Positions 34,162 through 43,695 of a stretch of DNA of 56,785 nt are shown here, piece after piece. The notes under the pieces were generated by a model that searched no databases, had not been told where the DNA came from, and was given only the letters and a program-made list of their open reading frames with translations. The position numbers were made by a program, and so were the translations under genes. Source of the DNA: a virus; the IMG/VR virus record IMGVR_UViG_3300045988_148145, one strand, 5' to 3'. How positions within the stretch are numbered: the stretch's first letter is position 1; every line of letters begins with the position of its first letter.

Positions 34162-34572
34162 TCATGCTATTGGTGTTTTAAAACAATTCATTATCTCCTC
34201 CTTCGTTGCCTTGTGCAACGGCGTATCCATGTCACGTGGGAAACTTAGGTATTCAAACCCCGGTAATCCCAAGTTTCTAGCTGCTTCCCTCTTGATTGCC
34301 CAGTCGATGCCGTTCGTGAAGAGTTGATCCTTGTCGGTATCATCCCTCATTGCGGCGAGGGCGAGAAAGAGAAACTCGTTGTCCCCGCAATCAACTAGAC
34401 CGTTACGAACAATATCTTCGTATGCTGTACATGAAGATATGCAGTCGAATATCCCGTGACTCGTGAACAAGTATTTCTCGTCTTCAATAATACAATTCGT
34501 GTATCCCAGCTTCTCTAGCTTTTGCCGGAGTTCTGGCGTGTTTTTTCTTATAATGCAAGGTGTCGTGAACAT
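34162..34572 (-). CDS. hypothetical protein
   Basis: 136-aa ORF. Confidence 0.55.
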   Translation of the reverse strand: MFTTPCIIRKNTPELRQKLEKLGYTNCIIEDEKYLFTSHGIFDCISSCTAYEDIVRNGLVDCGDNEFLFLALAAMRDDTDKDQLFTNGIDWAIKREAARNLGLPGFEYLSFPRDMDTPLHKATKEEIMNCFKTPIA

Positions 34573-34574
34573 GA

Positions 34575-34832
34575 CTATTTTATTTTATCTGAATAAAAAT
34601 CTAGGATCTCTTTCAACGTGTCACGTGCTTTCTCGGCGCATCTCCTGTTAGAAAGATTCTCGTTATCCTTGTTCGAATCGTACACGTTATAAACTTCTAA
34701 AAACAAAGTATTTAGCAGCTTGCATTGATCTAATAGATTACAATATCTCTCTTTATTAGTACCATCATCACTGATAGGAGTGATATTACCGATCAACTTG
34801 CGTACCACATAGTAAATATCGAAATAATTCAT
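34575..34832 (-). CDS. hypothetical protein
   Basis: 85-aa ORF. Confidence 0.5.
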   Translation of the reverse strand: MNYFDIYYVVRKLIGNITPISDDGTNKERYCNLLDQCKLLNTLFLEVYNVYDSNKDNENLSNRRCAEKARDTLKEILDFYSDKIK

Positions 34833-34834
34833 TG

Positions 34835-35221
34835 TTATTGTTTTGATTGTTCAACTTCCGTTATCGAGTTCAGATCGTACACGTTGCATTTAAGCAGGTG
34901 TACCAGCTCTATGTTGGCGTCGTAACACAGGCTCTTGAACTTGCAATTATCACAGCTAGTCTGTCCTTTTTGAACCGTGAAGGTGACGGGTTCCGGTTCT
35001 TCGATCTCGATTTCTTCCCATTCATCAACGATGAATCTACCAAATAGCGAATAGTTATATTCGAAGCAAATTATCCCTGACTTCGGGTACACGAAGTAAA
35101 CTGCTGTTAAATAATCACCCTTTAAATTGTTGGCATTTTTACCTCCCATGGAGATTAACTTGTCGATCACCGCCTTCCCCTTATCGTTACCTCGTATGTA
35201 ATAGTGTTTTTCTTTTTCCAT
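34835..35221 (-). CDS. hypothetical protein
   Basis: 128 aa from ATG 35221 (the track uses GTG 35227). Confidence 0.55.
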   Translation of the reverse strand: MEKEKHYYIRGNDKGKAVIDKLISMGGKNANNLKGDYLTAVYFVYPKSGIICFEYNYSLFGRFIVDEWEEIEIEEPEPVTFTVQKGQTSCDNCKFKSLCYDANIELVHLLKCNVYDLNSITEVEQSKQ

Positions 35222-35251
35222 GATCACTTTCTCTTTTTAGTTAGCTTCTGT

Positions 35252-36202
35252 TTACTTGAATATCTTTTTTAAACCGCTGTTTACAGCTTCCATTTTTGTT
35301 TGATCCGATGGATGCACGTAGATGTCCATCGTTGTGCTTATATCGGAATGCCCTAGTAGCATTGAAACTGTTTTCACGTCAACCTTATTCTCTATAAGCG
35401 TGGTAGCGAAAGTATGACGGAGCCCGTGGAACTTGATACAATGATCCAGTTTCACCCTTTTTAATATAAAATCACGGTAATAATTTCTGAACGTGCGTGG
35501 TTCCGTGAACTTGTTAGAGCAAGTACACACGTAGTAATCAGGGTTGCATACAGCGGAAAATTTCTTGATTATTGGCAGCACGTTTTTCATGATAGGTATG
35601 TACCTGTCAGACGATGATGTTTTTGGAGGTCCTATTTCGATTCTTGATTTTTTATCATGATCGCTGTCGTTATCCATCATGTATATTCTTCCCAAAGTTT
35701 TACTAACGTGTATAGTCTTGTTGCCAATATCTATGTCACTCCATTGTAACGCGCATATTTCACCTATTCTCATCCCGGTGCAAATTGTCAACAGTATCCC
35801 GAGGTTGAGCGGTGAAGGGTTTTCAAGAACGTAATCCACAATAGCACGATATTCTGACGGCGTGTATCTTTCTATTTTTGTCGCTAAAATCTTGTTCTTG
35901 GTTGGCCATGTCATTTTCCAGCTCGTATCAGGAACTATTATATCAAGTTCATCCGATGCAAACTTGATAAGCATCTTTAGAACTATGAGTATATCCGAAC
36001 AATATTTTTTTGATTTCCCGGAATCCATCAATTTATAGATAAAAGGGATTATCACCTTCTTGTTTAACGTTTCCACGTCCAAGTTCCCAAGTACTGGGTC
36101 TATGATGTTAACGTATAGCATTTTGTAACAGCTTAACGTGGATATTTTCACTTGACGTTTTTTAAACGGCATCCAAGTATCGTACACTTCTCTAAGTTTC
36201 AT
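35252..36202 (-). CDS. second tyrosine recombinase (XerC/D / phage integrase family)
   Basis: 316 aa. It contains [12 protein letters not shown], and [12 protein letters not shown]...[16 protein letters not shown], which gives the R, HxxR, H and Y catalytic pattern. Confidence 0.8.
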   Translation of the reverse strand: MKLREVYDTWMPFKKRQVKISTLSCYKMLYVNIIDPVLGNLDVETLNKKVIIPFIYKLMDSGKSKKYCSDILIVLKMLIKFASDELDIIVPDTSWKMTWPTKNKILATKIERYTPSEYRAIVDYVLENPSPLNLGILLTICTGMRIGEICALQWSDIDIGNKTIHVSKTLGRIYMMDNDSDHDKKSRIEIGPPKTSSSDRYIPIMKNVLPIIKKFSAVCNPDYYVCTCSNKFTEPRTFRNYYRDFILKRVKLDHCIKFHGLRHTFATTLIENKVDVKTVSMLLGHSDISTTMDIYVHPSDQTKMEAVNSGLKKIFK

Positions 36203-36774
36203 TTTTGAACTATTTTCATGTTAGCACTAGCTTTAATTATTTCCGAGAACGCCAGGGTGTCATCCCTCTGGTTCAGTAATATGTATTTTTGTTTTATCTC
36301 GTTTTCAAGCACGTCCCCGTGATACACGTACCCCATGATTCCACGAATCGACAGGTTCAGTAACAGGATCGGGATAGATCTCGATGACAACTCCCAGCAC
36401 GTTACCATGTGTTGAGACGGGAAATGTTCCCACGGGATCAACTTGTTGCAACGCTGCCACCAGTCTGCTATTATCATAGAACCGTTCCCGGCGGTTGGCT
36501 CGTGAAGGTGCCCATGTTGTCCGGTTAATTCCGAGCATAGAATTCCTAGAGAATTGGGCGTGAAATCTTGTTTTTTCTGTTTTCTCTCGGATAGCTCGCT
36601 CTCGTATAATTCCTGGAACCAATCGTGAGACATATCGTAATTGTTCAATCTAATTAATTCCTTGTATACATCGTTTCGGTCGTTTAAATCGCCCGCTATA
36701 ATTTTTGTAACGGCATCAGGAAGATCCCTTAGATCGTCTATGCCGAAAAGTTTAAACACGTCTTCTTTTTTCAT
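36199..36774 (-). CDS. N6-adenine methyltransferase-like protein lacking the catalytic NPPF/DPPY motif
   Basis: 191 aa. [15 protein letters not shown]...[11 protein letters not shown]...[20 protein letters not shown]...HGDVL matches the HsdM-type N-terminal half. The ORF ends before motif IV and overlaps the recombinase start by 4 nt. Confidence 0.5.
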   Translation of the reverse strand: MKKEDVFKLFGIDDLRDLPDAVTKIIAGDLNDRNDVYKELIRLNNYDMSHDWFQELYESELSERKQKKQDFTPNSLGILCSELTGQHGHLHEPTAGNGSMIIADWWQRCNKLIPWEHFPSQHMVTCWELSSRSIPILLLNLSIRGIMGYVYHGDVLENEIKQKYILLNQRDDTLAFSEIIKASANMKIVQK

Positions 36775-37660
36775 AATATTCCAGGTCTTTTTTTAATATT
36801 TTCTTGATCAAGGTTAATGATCTTGATATTCTAGCATCCACGTTTCCTTTACTAATCGATAATATTTTAGCAATTTCCGTGTTCTTGTATCCCTTGTATC
36901 TCATCTCTAGTATCTCCCTGTCTCTCTTCACGGGTAACAAGTCGTAAAGGGGGAACTCGAAATCCTTGTTGAAAAAAAACGGGTCGTAATCAAAACACGA
37001 TAACGAGCATCGCTTTTGAATGAAATCTTTTACCCTTTGTTTGCAATACCAGACCCACGTGGCAAGAACGTCTTCACAATCCATGTTGCATGTCACGTGA
37101 ATAAAAGCATCTTGAACAACGTCTTCTGAATCTTCCTTTGATAAGTTAAACGTTCTTGACAAGTATAACCGTACCCGTTCAAAATGTGATTTATACAATC
37201 CAGCGTACATGCCCATTTTGCTTGATGATATGACTTGGGAGGCCTCGAAAGATAATACTAAATTGTCTAACGAGTAATCAAGCTTGTTGCCGTTTTTGTA
37301 ACACGGCCTGACATCAAGCCACTTGCCAATCACGAACGAGTTGTACAGGCATTGCGCCACCGTCACTTGAATTTCACGGTGTTTCCCGGTTGATAGCTTG
37401 ACGAATTTCTCGGACGAAGGACGCCTCACGTGTTCCTTTTGAATCACGAATCCTTTCCCGCTAATCGTTTTAGCAAAGAATACTTTCCCGCTGATCGTTA
37501 TATAATAACTCTTGTCACTTGAATCCATGGGATAAGGAATTTGGGCCGTTTTTTCATTTGTTATCTTTTCGATAAAAGATTGAGCTTCATCCACGTGATT
37601 TATAAAATATCCTTTTTTTGTGTCCATGGTCTCTAGCCAGCTTTCGCTGGTATTCTTCAC
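36752..37660 (-). CDS. sigma-70-family-like factor fused to an N-terminal degenerate HNH/NUMOD4-like domain
   Basis: The C terminus carries DVVQDAFIHV (region 2-like) and EILEMRYKGYKNTEIAKILSISKGNVDARISRS (region 4 HTH). The N terminus carries YYITISGKVF...CYKNGNKLDYSLDNL. Confidence 0.5.
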   Translation of the reverse strand: MKNTSESWLETMDTKKGYFINHVDEAQSFIEKITNEKTAQIPYPMDSSDKSYYITISGKVFFAKTISGKGFVIQKEHVRRPSSEKFVKLSTGKHREIQVTVAQCLYNSFVIGKWLDVRPCYKNGNKLDYSLDNLVLSFEASQVISSSKMGMYAGLYKSHFERVRLYLSRTFNLSKEDSEDVVQDAFIHVTCNMDCEDVLATWVWYCKQRVKDFIQKRCSLSCFDYDPFFFNKDFEFPLYDLLPVKRDREILEMRYKGYKNTEIAKILSISKGNVDARISRSLTLIKKILKKDLEYYEKRRRV

Positions 37661-37796
37661 TTAATTTCTTGTTACGCTTGTCTGATTGCTCCCCGGCGTT
37701 GTAAACTGTTTGCGTGTACCAGATTTGATTGGGGATGTACACGACACGCTCTTTCTTGCGCTTGTTCATGATTATCTCTATATTTAACTGTTTAAT

Positions 37797-38606
37797 TTAT
37801 TCGTGAATTCCCAGGTAGTTATTTACCATGATCTCGAAATCGTTCTTGAACATGGATGCCGTTTTCATGAACTTGAAATCCTGCAAGGACAAGTCGTTGA
37901 TGTAGTAATAAAACGCCTCGTGGCCGTTATCAAAATTCTTTCCCCAGAAGGTTTCCGGGTGCGTTTCCATGAACTTTTTTATAGCTTTAATTAGGTTTAT
38001 CGCGTACCTGGGGAACGTTTTAAACTCGATTCTCATTTGTTGTTTCGTTGCGAGAGGGCACCCGACACACCCGTGTCGGGTGAAGTTGTAAGGCGGATCG
38101 TAATACTTCATGTAAGGAAGGTTGTGCTTGTGAATGTACTCCCAAATTTGCCTTTCCGTCCAAAATACAAGTGGCAACACGTGACAAGCTCCCTTCATGC
38201 TCTTCCTGCTATCACATTGCTCCGGCTCGTAACCCGCACGGTTGTTTGATTCATCCCTGCGCATCCCTTCCAAGTTTCGCTTACCTATCCCGTAGTTCTC
38301 TTTTAGTATCTCGCAGCAAAAGCGTCGTTGTCGAGAAGGAAGTCCTTTTCTAGCTACCAGTTGAAGGAACGACTCCCTCGGGTTGACAATCTTCACTTCC
38401 GGGTAATTTTCCCGGATAAACGGGATCGTCCCGGGAGGGTCTATTGTCGTGTTCGAGTAGACAGCCTCGAATTTAACTCCCGCTCTTTTTGCTATATCGA
38501 GAAGGACAACGCTGTCTTTACCGCCGGAGAAACCTAGGTTATAGATCTTGTCCGTTTCAAGGTTACGAACCAGTTCAATACTTCGCTTAACGTGTTCTTC
38601 TATCAT
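37797..38606 (-). CDS. PAPS reductase / PP-loop ATPase family protein
   Basis: 269 aa with the LGFSGGKDSVVLLD PP-loop and a C-terminal HGCVGCP. Confidence 0.7.
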   Translation of the reverse strand: MIEEHVKRSIELVRNLETDKIYNLGFSGGKDSVVLLDIAKRAGVKFEAVYSNTTIDPPGTIPFIRENYPEVKIVNPRESFLQLVARKGLPSRQRRFCCEILKENYGIGKRNLEGMRRDESNNRAGYEPEQCDSRKSMKGACHVLPLVFWTERQIWEYIHKHNLPYMKYYDPPYNFTRHGCVGCPLATKQQMRIEFKTFPRYAINLIKAIKKFMETHPETFWGKNFDNGHEAFYYYINDLSLQDFKFMKTASMFKNDFEIMVNNYLGIHE

Positions 38607-38607
38607 A

Positions 38608-39309
38608 TCACGCCGTTTGTTTTAATATTTCATGAATCTTGTTCATCTTCTTGTCAATGATCGAGAAGGCCGTGAATATCTCGTCGCAATTATTCAAGTC
38701 TATATCCACCTCACCGTAAATAGAGGCAAAGTAACCAGTGAATTTCTTCGATTCGAAGTTTATAGCCTTGATGTTAACGTCATCCAGGCAAACGTCACGC
38801 ATCATAACCTTGCTCATGATCCTCGATACCTTCTCGTCATTCATGATCGAGTAGCCGGAAAGGACGTTGATAATTGACGCTCTCGCTATGCAAGTGACGT
38901 GATCCGGGTTATCGATGAACTTCTGCACGTATCTCTTGATCGAGTGAAATAATATCTTGATGTCGTTCCCGAACTCGTCATCAAGGATGTCAAGGTTACT
39001 TGTCAACTCTCTCTTTGAAGATTCAGTTATGCATACCGAGTCATACATGATTGACTTGTACTTGTCAATCCGGCGTTTCATCTCGTTTAACGATCCATTG
39101 AACCCTTGCCGGTACAGGTTAGACCGTTTCGTGTCGTTGATCAACTCTAGTATATACCCGTCGATCGTGTCAGCGACGATCAAGCCGGAATAAATGTACT
39201 TCATCCTGTCATCAAGATCTAGCACTGAAATAGCGTCAATCCCGTTTCTTCTCGGGATTACTACCGGGATCCTAAACTTGCCTGGTTTGATATTTATCGT
39301 TGTTCCCAT
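38608..39309 (-). CDS. hypothetical protein
   Basis: 233-aa ORF. Confidence 0.6.
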   Translation of the reverse strand: MGTTINIKPGKFRIPVVIPRRNGIDAISVLDLDDRMKYIYSGLIVADTIDGYILELINDTKRSNLYRQGFNGSLNEMKRRIDKYKSIMYDSVCITESSKRELTSNLDILDDEFGNDIKILFHSIKRYVQKFIDNPDHVTCIARASIINVLSGYSIMNDEKVSRIMSKVMMRDVCLDDVNIKAINFESKKFTGYFASIYGEVDIDLNNCDEIFTAFSIIDKKMNKIHEILKQTA

Positions 39310-39310
39310 G

Positions 39311-39535
39311 TTAATCCATCCTTTTAAAATACCTTGATTTAAATTCCTTGGTGTGGATGATCGAGTTCTTCATCCGTTCCTCGGTTTGAAAGAAATAAAT
39401 AGCGTTTCCATCCTTGACCCGGAACTCACCTAGTTCCGGTGCCTTGATCTTCTTCTGTTTTATCGTTTCACTGTCACGCCGGGCCAGTTCCTTTGAATTC
39501 TGGAAGTCCGGGTGTTCTATACCGTTTGCTGTCAT
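39311..39535 (-). CDS. hypothetical protein
   Basis: 74-aa ORF. Confidence 0.5.
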   Translation of the reverse strand: MTANGIEHPDFQNSKELARRDSETIKQKKIKAPELGEFRVKDGNAIYFFQTEERMKNSIIHTKEFKSRYFKRMD

Positions 39536-39560
39536 GATTGTAACTTTTGTGTCAATTTTA

Positions 39561-40973
39561 TCAAAACGGGTTTACAGGATCGATGTTCACGTCGTAATCC
39601 GTTATCCTTGTCATGCTAGGGTTGTGCTTGAATTTAACTGTTCCCGTGGCCCCGTCTCTTTGTTTCTCCACGCATAGTAACCCTATCCCCTTGGTTGAAA
39701 CGGGTATTACCCCCCGGTCACTCTTGACGTTAATGGTTTCTATGTTGTAATATGCCGGGCGGTAAATAAATATCACGGTATCAGCGTCTTGTTCTATCGC
39801 CCCGGATTCACGAAGATCGGATAATTGTGGTTTCTTGTCAGCCCTTGCCTCCACGCCTCTTGATAACTGGGACAAGAGGATGAAAGGAATTCCCAGTTCT
39901 TTCGATATAATCTTGGCCATTCTCGAAGCCTGGGCTATCTCTTGTTCCCTGTTCCGGTTGGTTCCCGGTTTACCCACGTCGGCTAGTTGCAAGTAATCCA
40001 CGAGGATCATCCTGCATTGCCCCTTGTCGGCCATGATCTTGCTATGACTCCTGATGTATTCCATCGATACAACCGGGTTGTCATCAACGTAAATAGGCAA
40101 CTTTTCTATCACCCCGGCCGCCCGGTTCAAGCTAGCGAACTCTTCATCGCTCATCCTTCCGGTTTTGAACCTGTCCACGTCAACATCGCACTCTGACAGT
40201 ATCAACCTGTTAGCCAAGCTAACGTCACTCATTTCCAGTGAATATATGCACGAGGGAGTACCGTTTAACGCCGCTTGTTTCGCGAGGTGAAGTAGCACGG
40301 CAGTTTTTCCCATCGCTGGTCTTGCCGCTATCACTATCAATTGTCCCGGTTTCCACCCGCCCCCGGTTATGACGTTCAAGTCGTGTATGCCGGTATCCAC
40401 GCCGACCGTTATCCCCTTGCGAGACATATTTTGCCTGTTTTCGGCCTCTCTCATCGCTTTAGAGACACTTTTACTGACGTGTCGTATATTTGACCTACCG
40501 CATAACATTTCGCTTATCTCACGGCTTGTATTCGACAATTCCTCAACCACGTCACCGATGTCTACCGAATCATCGTACGCTTGGCGTGAGATTTTATTGC
40601 ACTTGTCAATAACGCTCCGGGCAACGTGTTTCTGTAACAGGATCATGGTCATGTACTCTATGTTCGCCGCACCGGCAACCATGTTCGTGAGACTGGACAC
40701 GTAAGAGATACCCCCGTTAGAGTTCACCGTCTCGTTATTCATCACCCTCTCGGCAACGGAGAGTAAATCCACCGGCTTGTTATCCCTGTGCAATGCAATC
40801 ATGTTCTCGTAAATAACCCTGTTAGCCGGGATGTAAAAACAATCGGGAGTTAGTAGCGTTATCACTTTCGTCAAGGCGTTTTGCTCGAGCATTAACGCCC
40901 CTAGCACGGCACACTCCACGTCCTTGGCTTGAGGGGTTACTAATCCTTCAATACACCCTGTCATCTGTTGCAT
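39561..40973 (-). CDS. dnaB: replicative DNA helicase (DnaB family)
   Basis: 470 aa. It contains ECAVLGALMLEQ, Walker A ARPAMGKT, and ILVDYLQL...REQEIAQASR. Confidence 0.9.
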   Translation of the reverse strand: MQQMTGCIEGLVTPQAKDVECAVLGALMLEQNALTKVITLLTPDCFYIPANRVIYENMIALHRDNKPVDLLSVAERVMNNETVNSNGGISYVSSLTNMVAGAANIEYMTMILLQKHVARSVIDKCNKISRQAYDDSVDIGDVVEELSNTSREISEMLCGRSNIRHVSKSVSKAMREAENRQNMSRKGITVGVDTGIHDLNVITGGGWKPGQLIVIAARPAMGKTAVLLHLAKQAALNGTPSCIYSLEMSDVSLANRLILSECDVDVDRFKTGRMSDEEFASLNRAAGVIEKLPIYVDDNPVVSMEYIRSHSKIMADKGQCRMILVDYLQLADVGKPGTNRNREQEIAQASRMAKIISKELGIPFILLSQLSRGVEARADKKPQLSDLRESGAIEQDADTVIFIYRPAYYNIETINVKSDRGVIPVSTKGIGLLCVEKQRDGATGTVKFKHNPSMTRITDYDVNIDPVNPF

Positions 40974-41715
40974 TTTTTACCTCCTTTCTATCGTTATCAA
41001 GTTGATTTCTAAGCCAGTTGTTAAAATGTTTTTTTATGTCTTTAAGGCTCCTTTCCGTTTCCCCGTTCATTTCCTGTTCCGAGAAGAAAGTTTCTAGCCA
41101 CTTGATTATAGAACCGGGAGACAAGCGTCTATTCATGGCTATATTCTCGTACCACGCTTGCTCGAAGTTTATCACGTGATCTTTCAGCTTGGATAGCTCC
41201 ACGTACTCGTTCGGATCAACAAGGGGGGATATAGGGGGAATATTATTTACTTTACTTTTATTTGTGGGGTTATTGTTTACATTAATTGTAGTTGATGCAT
41301 GGTTATTGTCTACATTAATAGTGCATTTTGTTGCATTAACTAAAATGTAAGGTAATTCGCAAGATAATTTGCGTCTTTTTACAGCCTCGAAATATCTCTT
41401 TTGAATTCCCCTGCTTGTCAAAATCTTTACCGAGTTAAAAAGGTGTTCGTCAAAAAATCCCCATTTAACCAAGCGATTTATGATTTGATCGAGTAATTCA
41501 GGGCTGACACCGGGTAAATTTCGAAGTAATTTCATTTTCAGCATTTCATTCCACTCTATGAAGTAACCGTTGCGATATACCGCACAAAGCAGCTTTATGG
41601 CTGCAATTTCTCCTTTTATACCGAATTCCCCAGATATAGCCTCTATCTTCTCGTCTGTAAAAAAATCCACGTCGAAAGAAAAGTATTTTAGCCCGTATTC
41701 TTCTGGTCTTGCCAT
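40948..41715 (-). CDS. replication initiator / replisome organiser (DUF4373-like N terminus)
   Basis: Contains KYFSFDVDFFTDEKIEAISGEFGIKGEIAAIKLLCAVYRNGYF. It lies immediately upstream of dnaB. Confidence 0.6.
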   Translation of the reverse strand: MARPEEYGLKYFSFDVDFFTDEKIEAISGEFGIKGEIAAIKLLCAVYRNGYFIEWNEMLKMKLLRNLPGVSPELLDQIINRLVKWGFFDEHLFNSVKILTSRGIQKRYFEAVKRRKLSCELPYILVNATKCTINVDNNHASTTINVNNNPTNKSKVNNIPPISPLVDPNEYVELSKLKDHVINFEQAWYENIAMNRRLSPGSIIKWLETFFSEQEMNGETERSLKDIKKHFNNWLRNQLDNDRKEVKNATDDRVY

Positions 41716-41728
41716 AATTTTAATTCAT

Positions 41729-42043
41729 TTATATGCTTGCCACTACTTTCAAGGCACAAGCAATAACCTCAAGCTGATCGGCAAAATATTTCATTTTCTT
41801 CACGTCATGATGGTATTTCTTGTGACAGTCCTCGCAAAGCGTGATCAAGTCCCTCGTCTCGTATTCCCACGGCATCGCCCCTTGAATGTATGTCTTGTGA
41901 TGAACGTTCAATGGTTTGTCTTTCCGGAAACAGCATTGACAAGTGAAGTTGTCCGCTTTCATGACCTCAAGCCTTTTTCTTTGCCACCTGGGATCTTTTA
42001 ATAAAGTCGGGTAGCTTTGTTCTGTTATCGTATCCATAATCAC
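41729..42043 (-). CDS. HNH-type zinc-finger protein
   Basis: Contains CQCCFRKDKPLNVHHKTY...LCEDCHKKYHH. Confidence 0.55.
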   Translation of the reverse strand: MIMDTITEQSYPTLLKDPRWQRKRLEVMKADNFTCQCCFRKDKPLNVHHKTYIQGAMPWEYETRDLITLCEDCHKKYHHDVKKMKYFADQLEVIACALKVVASI

Positions 42044-42181
42044 AACTATTGTTTCTTTTTCTCCATGAACTCTATCAACCCTTCAACGATCTTGTTAGGT
42101 TTAATTGTCGTTTTGCTCCCGTCTTCCATGACGAGAACTACTCTTGTTATCTTTACTTTCATGGATTAAATTGTTTCGTTT

Positions 42182-42400
42182 TTACCATTCAACCTTAATA
42201 ACATTCATTCCGATTTGATCAATGAATTTTGATAACCTAAATCCACATTCAAACAGTTCTTGAAAAGCTCCTTCGCTTAAATTTGAGAATAATGCACAAG
42301 ATTCCCCGTGATTAGCCCTATCTTCTATATGTTTCAATACTTGATCTATATTGAGTTGATTACTTTTCGTTATTGCTCTGATTTTTTCTATTGTCGTCAT
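42182..42400 (-). CDS. hypothetical protein
   Basis: 72-aa ORF. Confidence 0.5.
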   Translation of the reverse strand: MTTIEKIRAITKSNQLNIDQVLKHIEDRANHGESCALFSNLSEGAFQELFECGFRLSKFIDQIGMNVIKVEW

Positions 42401-42513
42401 ATTTTCTTATTTTAGTTTTTCTCCATTTTCTAAAATAACGTCTTCTACTATTTTAATTTTTCGCCTTAAACTAGAATTATAATTCATTCATCTCTTGGTG
42501 GATTCTTTCATCA

Positions 42514-42726
42514 CTACTTGTCTTTAATCACTTCCTGTATTCTCGCCAGCTTGATCCTTAACATCGTTATCTCGTCCATCGCTGCATCGAAAGCGTTAGC
42601 CAGCATCTCGTAAGCTGTCATGCTGACGAATTCTTCTTCACCTTCCGGTTTTACCGTCTTGAATTTCACTTCTACTTCTACCGGGATCGTGATTTTCCCG
42701 GAGTGGGTTACTCTTTTCTCGCTCAT
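42514..42726 (-). CDS. hypothetical protein
   Basis: 70-aa ORF. Confidence 0.5.
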   Translation of the reverse strand: MSEKRVTHSGKITIPVEVEVKFKTVKPEGEEEFVSMTAYEMLANAFDAAMDEITMLRIKLARIQEVIKDK

Positions 42727-42738
42727 GTGTATTTTTAT

Positions 42739-43478
42739 TTAATTTGTTTCTACTTGCCTGTCAAATTCTTTTATGCACTCGAATAAATAATGAGCTACAA
42801 TAGGCTGTACCGCATTCCCTAAACAGTGAGTTCTGTCCACCCGATCGGGAAGTTCATTATGCTTTCCAGCAAAACGGGGTGAGGGTATTGACTGTCTTGT
42901 TCTCCATCCCGGATATACTCGTGTATGTTGCCACGATAAGTATGGCTTCCGAAATATCGATTCTTGCATGCCCCGTTTGCGGTTGACTTCGTTGGAGTAG
43001 GCAATACAATATAATCGTTCCCGACCCTGTTGTATGCCAAAGTCGGTGCCAGATAAACATTGCCACTCGACATCATACCCGATTTGGGAAAGGTCGCATA
43101 ACACTCTCTCGAATCCTCGAACAAGGAGCATTGGGCTGTTTTCAATGATGACGTAATCGGGTCTAACTTCCCCCACAATTCTAAACATCTCGCTCCACAA
43201 CCCGCTTCTTTCACCTTTAATTCCGATGCCTTTTCCAGCAATTGATTGTCTTGACAAGGGAATCCACCGCTAATGATGTCAACAAACGGCGGGTTTCTAT
43301 AACTTCTAATATCTCTGTTGATGTCATGATTTTTACCAAAATTTTTTTTAATTACTCTCGTTTGATAATCTTCAAATTCGCAACTCCAATCGGTTTTAAT
43401 ACCAGCCAGAGCTGCTCCTAGCCCGAAACCTTCAATTCCGCTAAAAAGACTACCGTGTGTCATTGTTCTATCTCTCAT
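42739..43478 (-). pseudogene. DNA (cytosine-5) methyltransferase spread over two overlapping reading frames
   Basis: ORF 42819..43478 carries FSGIEGFG (motif I), GGFPCQ (IV), LPTPT and MNFPIGWTE. ORF 42739..43257 carries SIAGKG..GERSGLW, IIENS (VI), QQGRER (VIII) and LGNAVQP (X). Confidence 0.7.
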
Positions 43479-43668
43479 AATTCACGCAAGTGATGTTGTT
43501 GTGTTTACAGTTAGGCTGCGGGCAAACCCTGTACTTGCACTCGATCAAGTTGTACTTCCAAACTGAATGATGAATGCAGGTAAGGCAGTCTGAAGGAGTG
43601 ATTTTAGGTTTTAGTACCGCTTCTCGGTCGGGAAACGGTACTATCTTTTTGTTTGGACGTTTAGGCAA
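43468..43668 (-). CDS. hypothetical Cys-rich protein
   Basis: 66-aa ORF. Confidence 0.5.
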   Translation of the reverse strand: MPKRPNKKIVPFPDREAVLKPKITPSDCLTCIHHSVWKYNLIECKYRVCPQPNCKHNNITCVNYER

Positions 43669-43695
43669 TTTCTTTTAAAATTTTATCTTCTTCCA

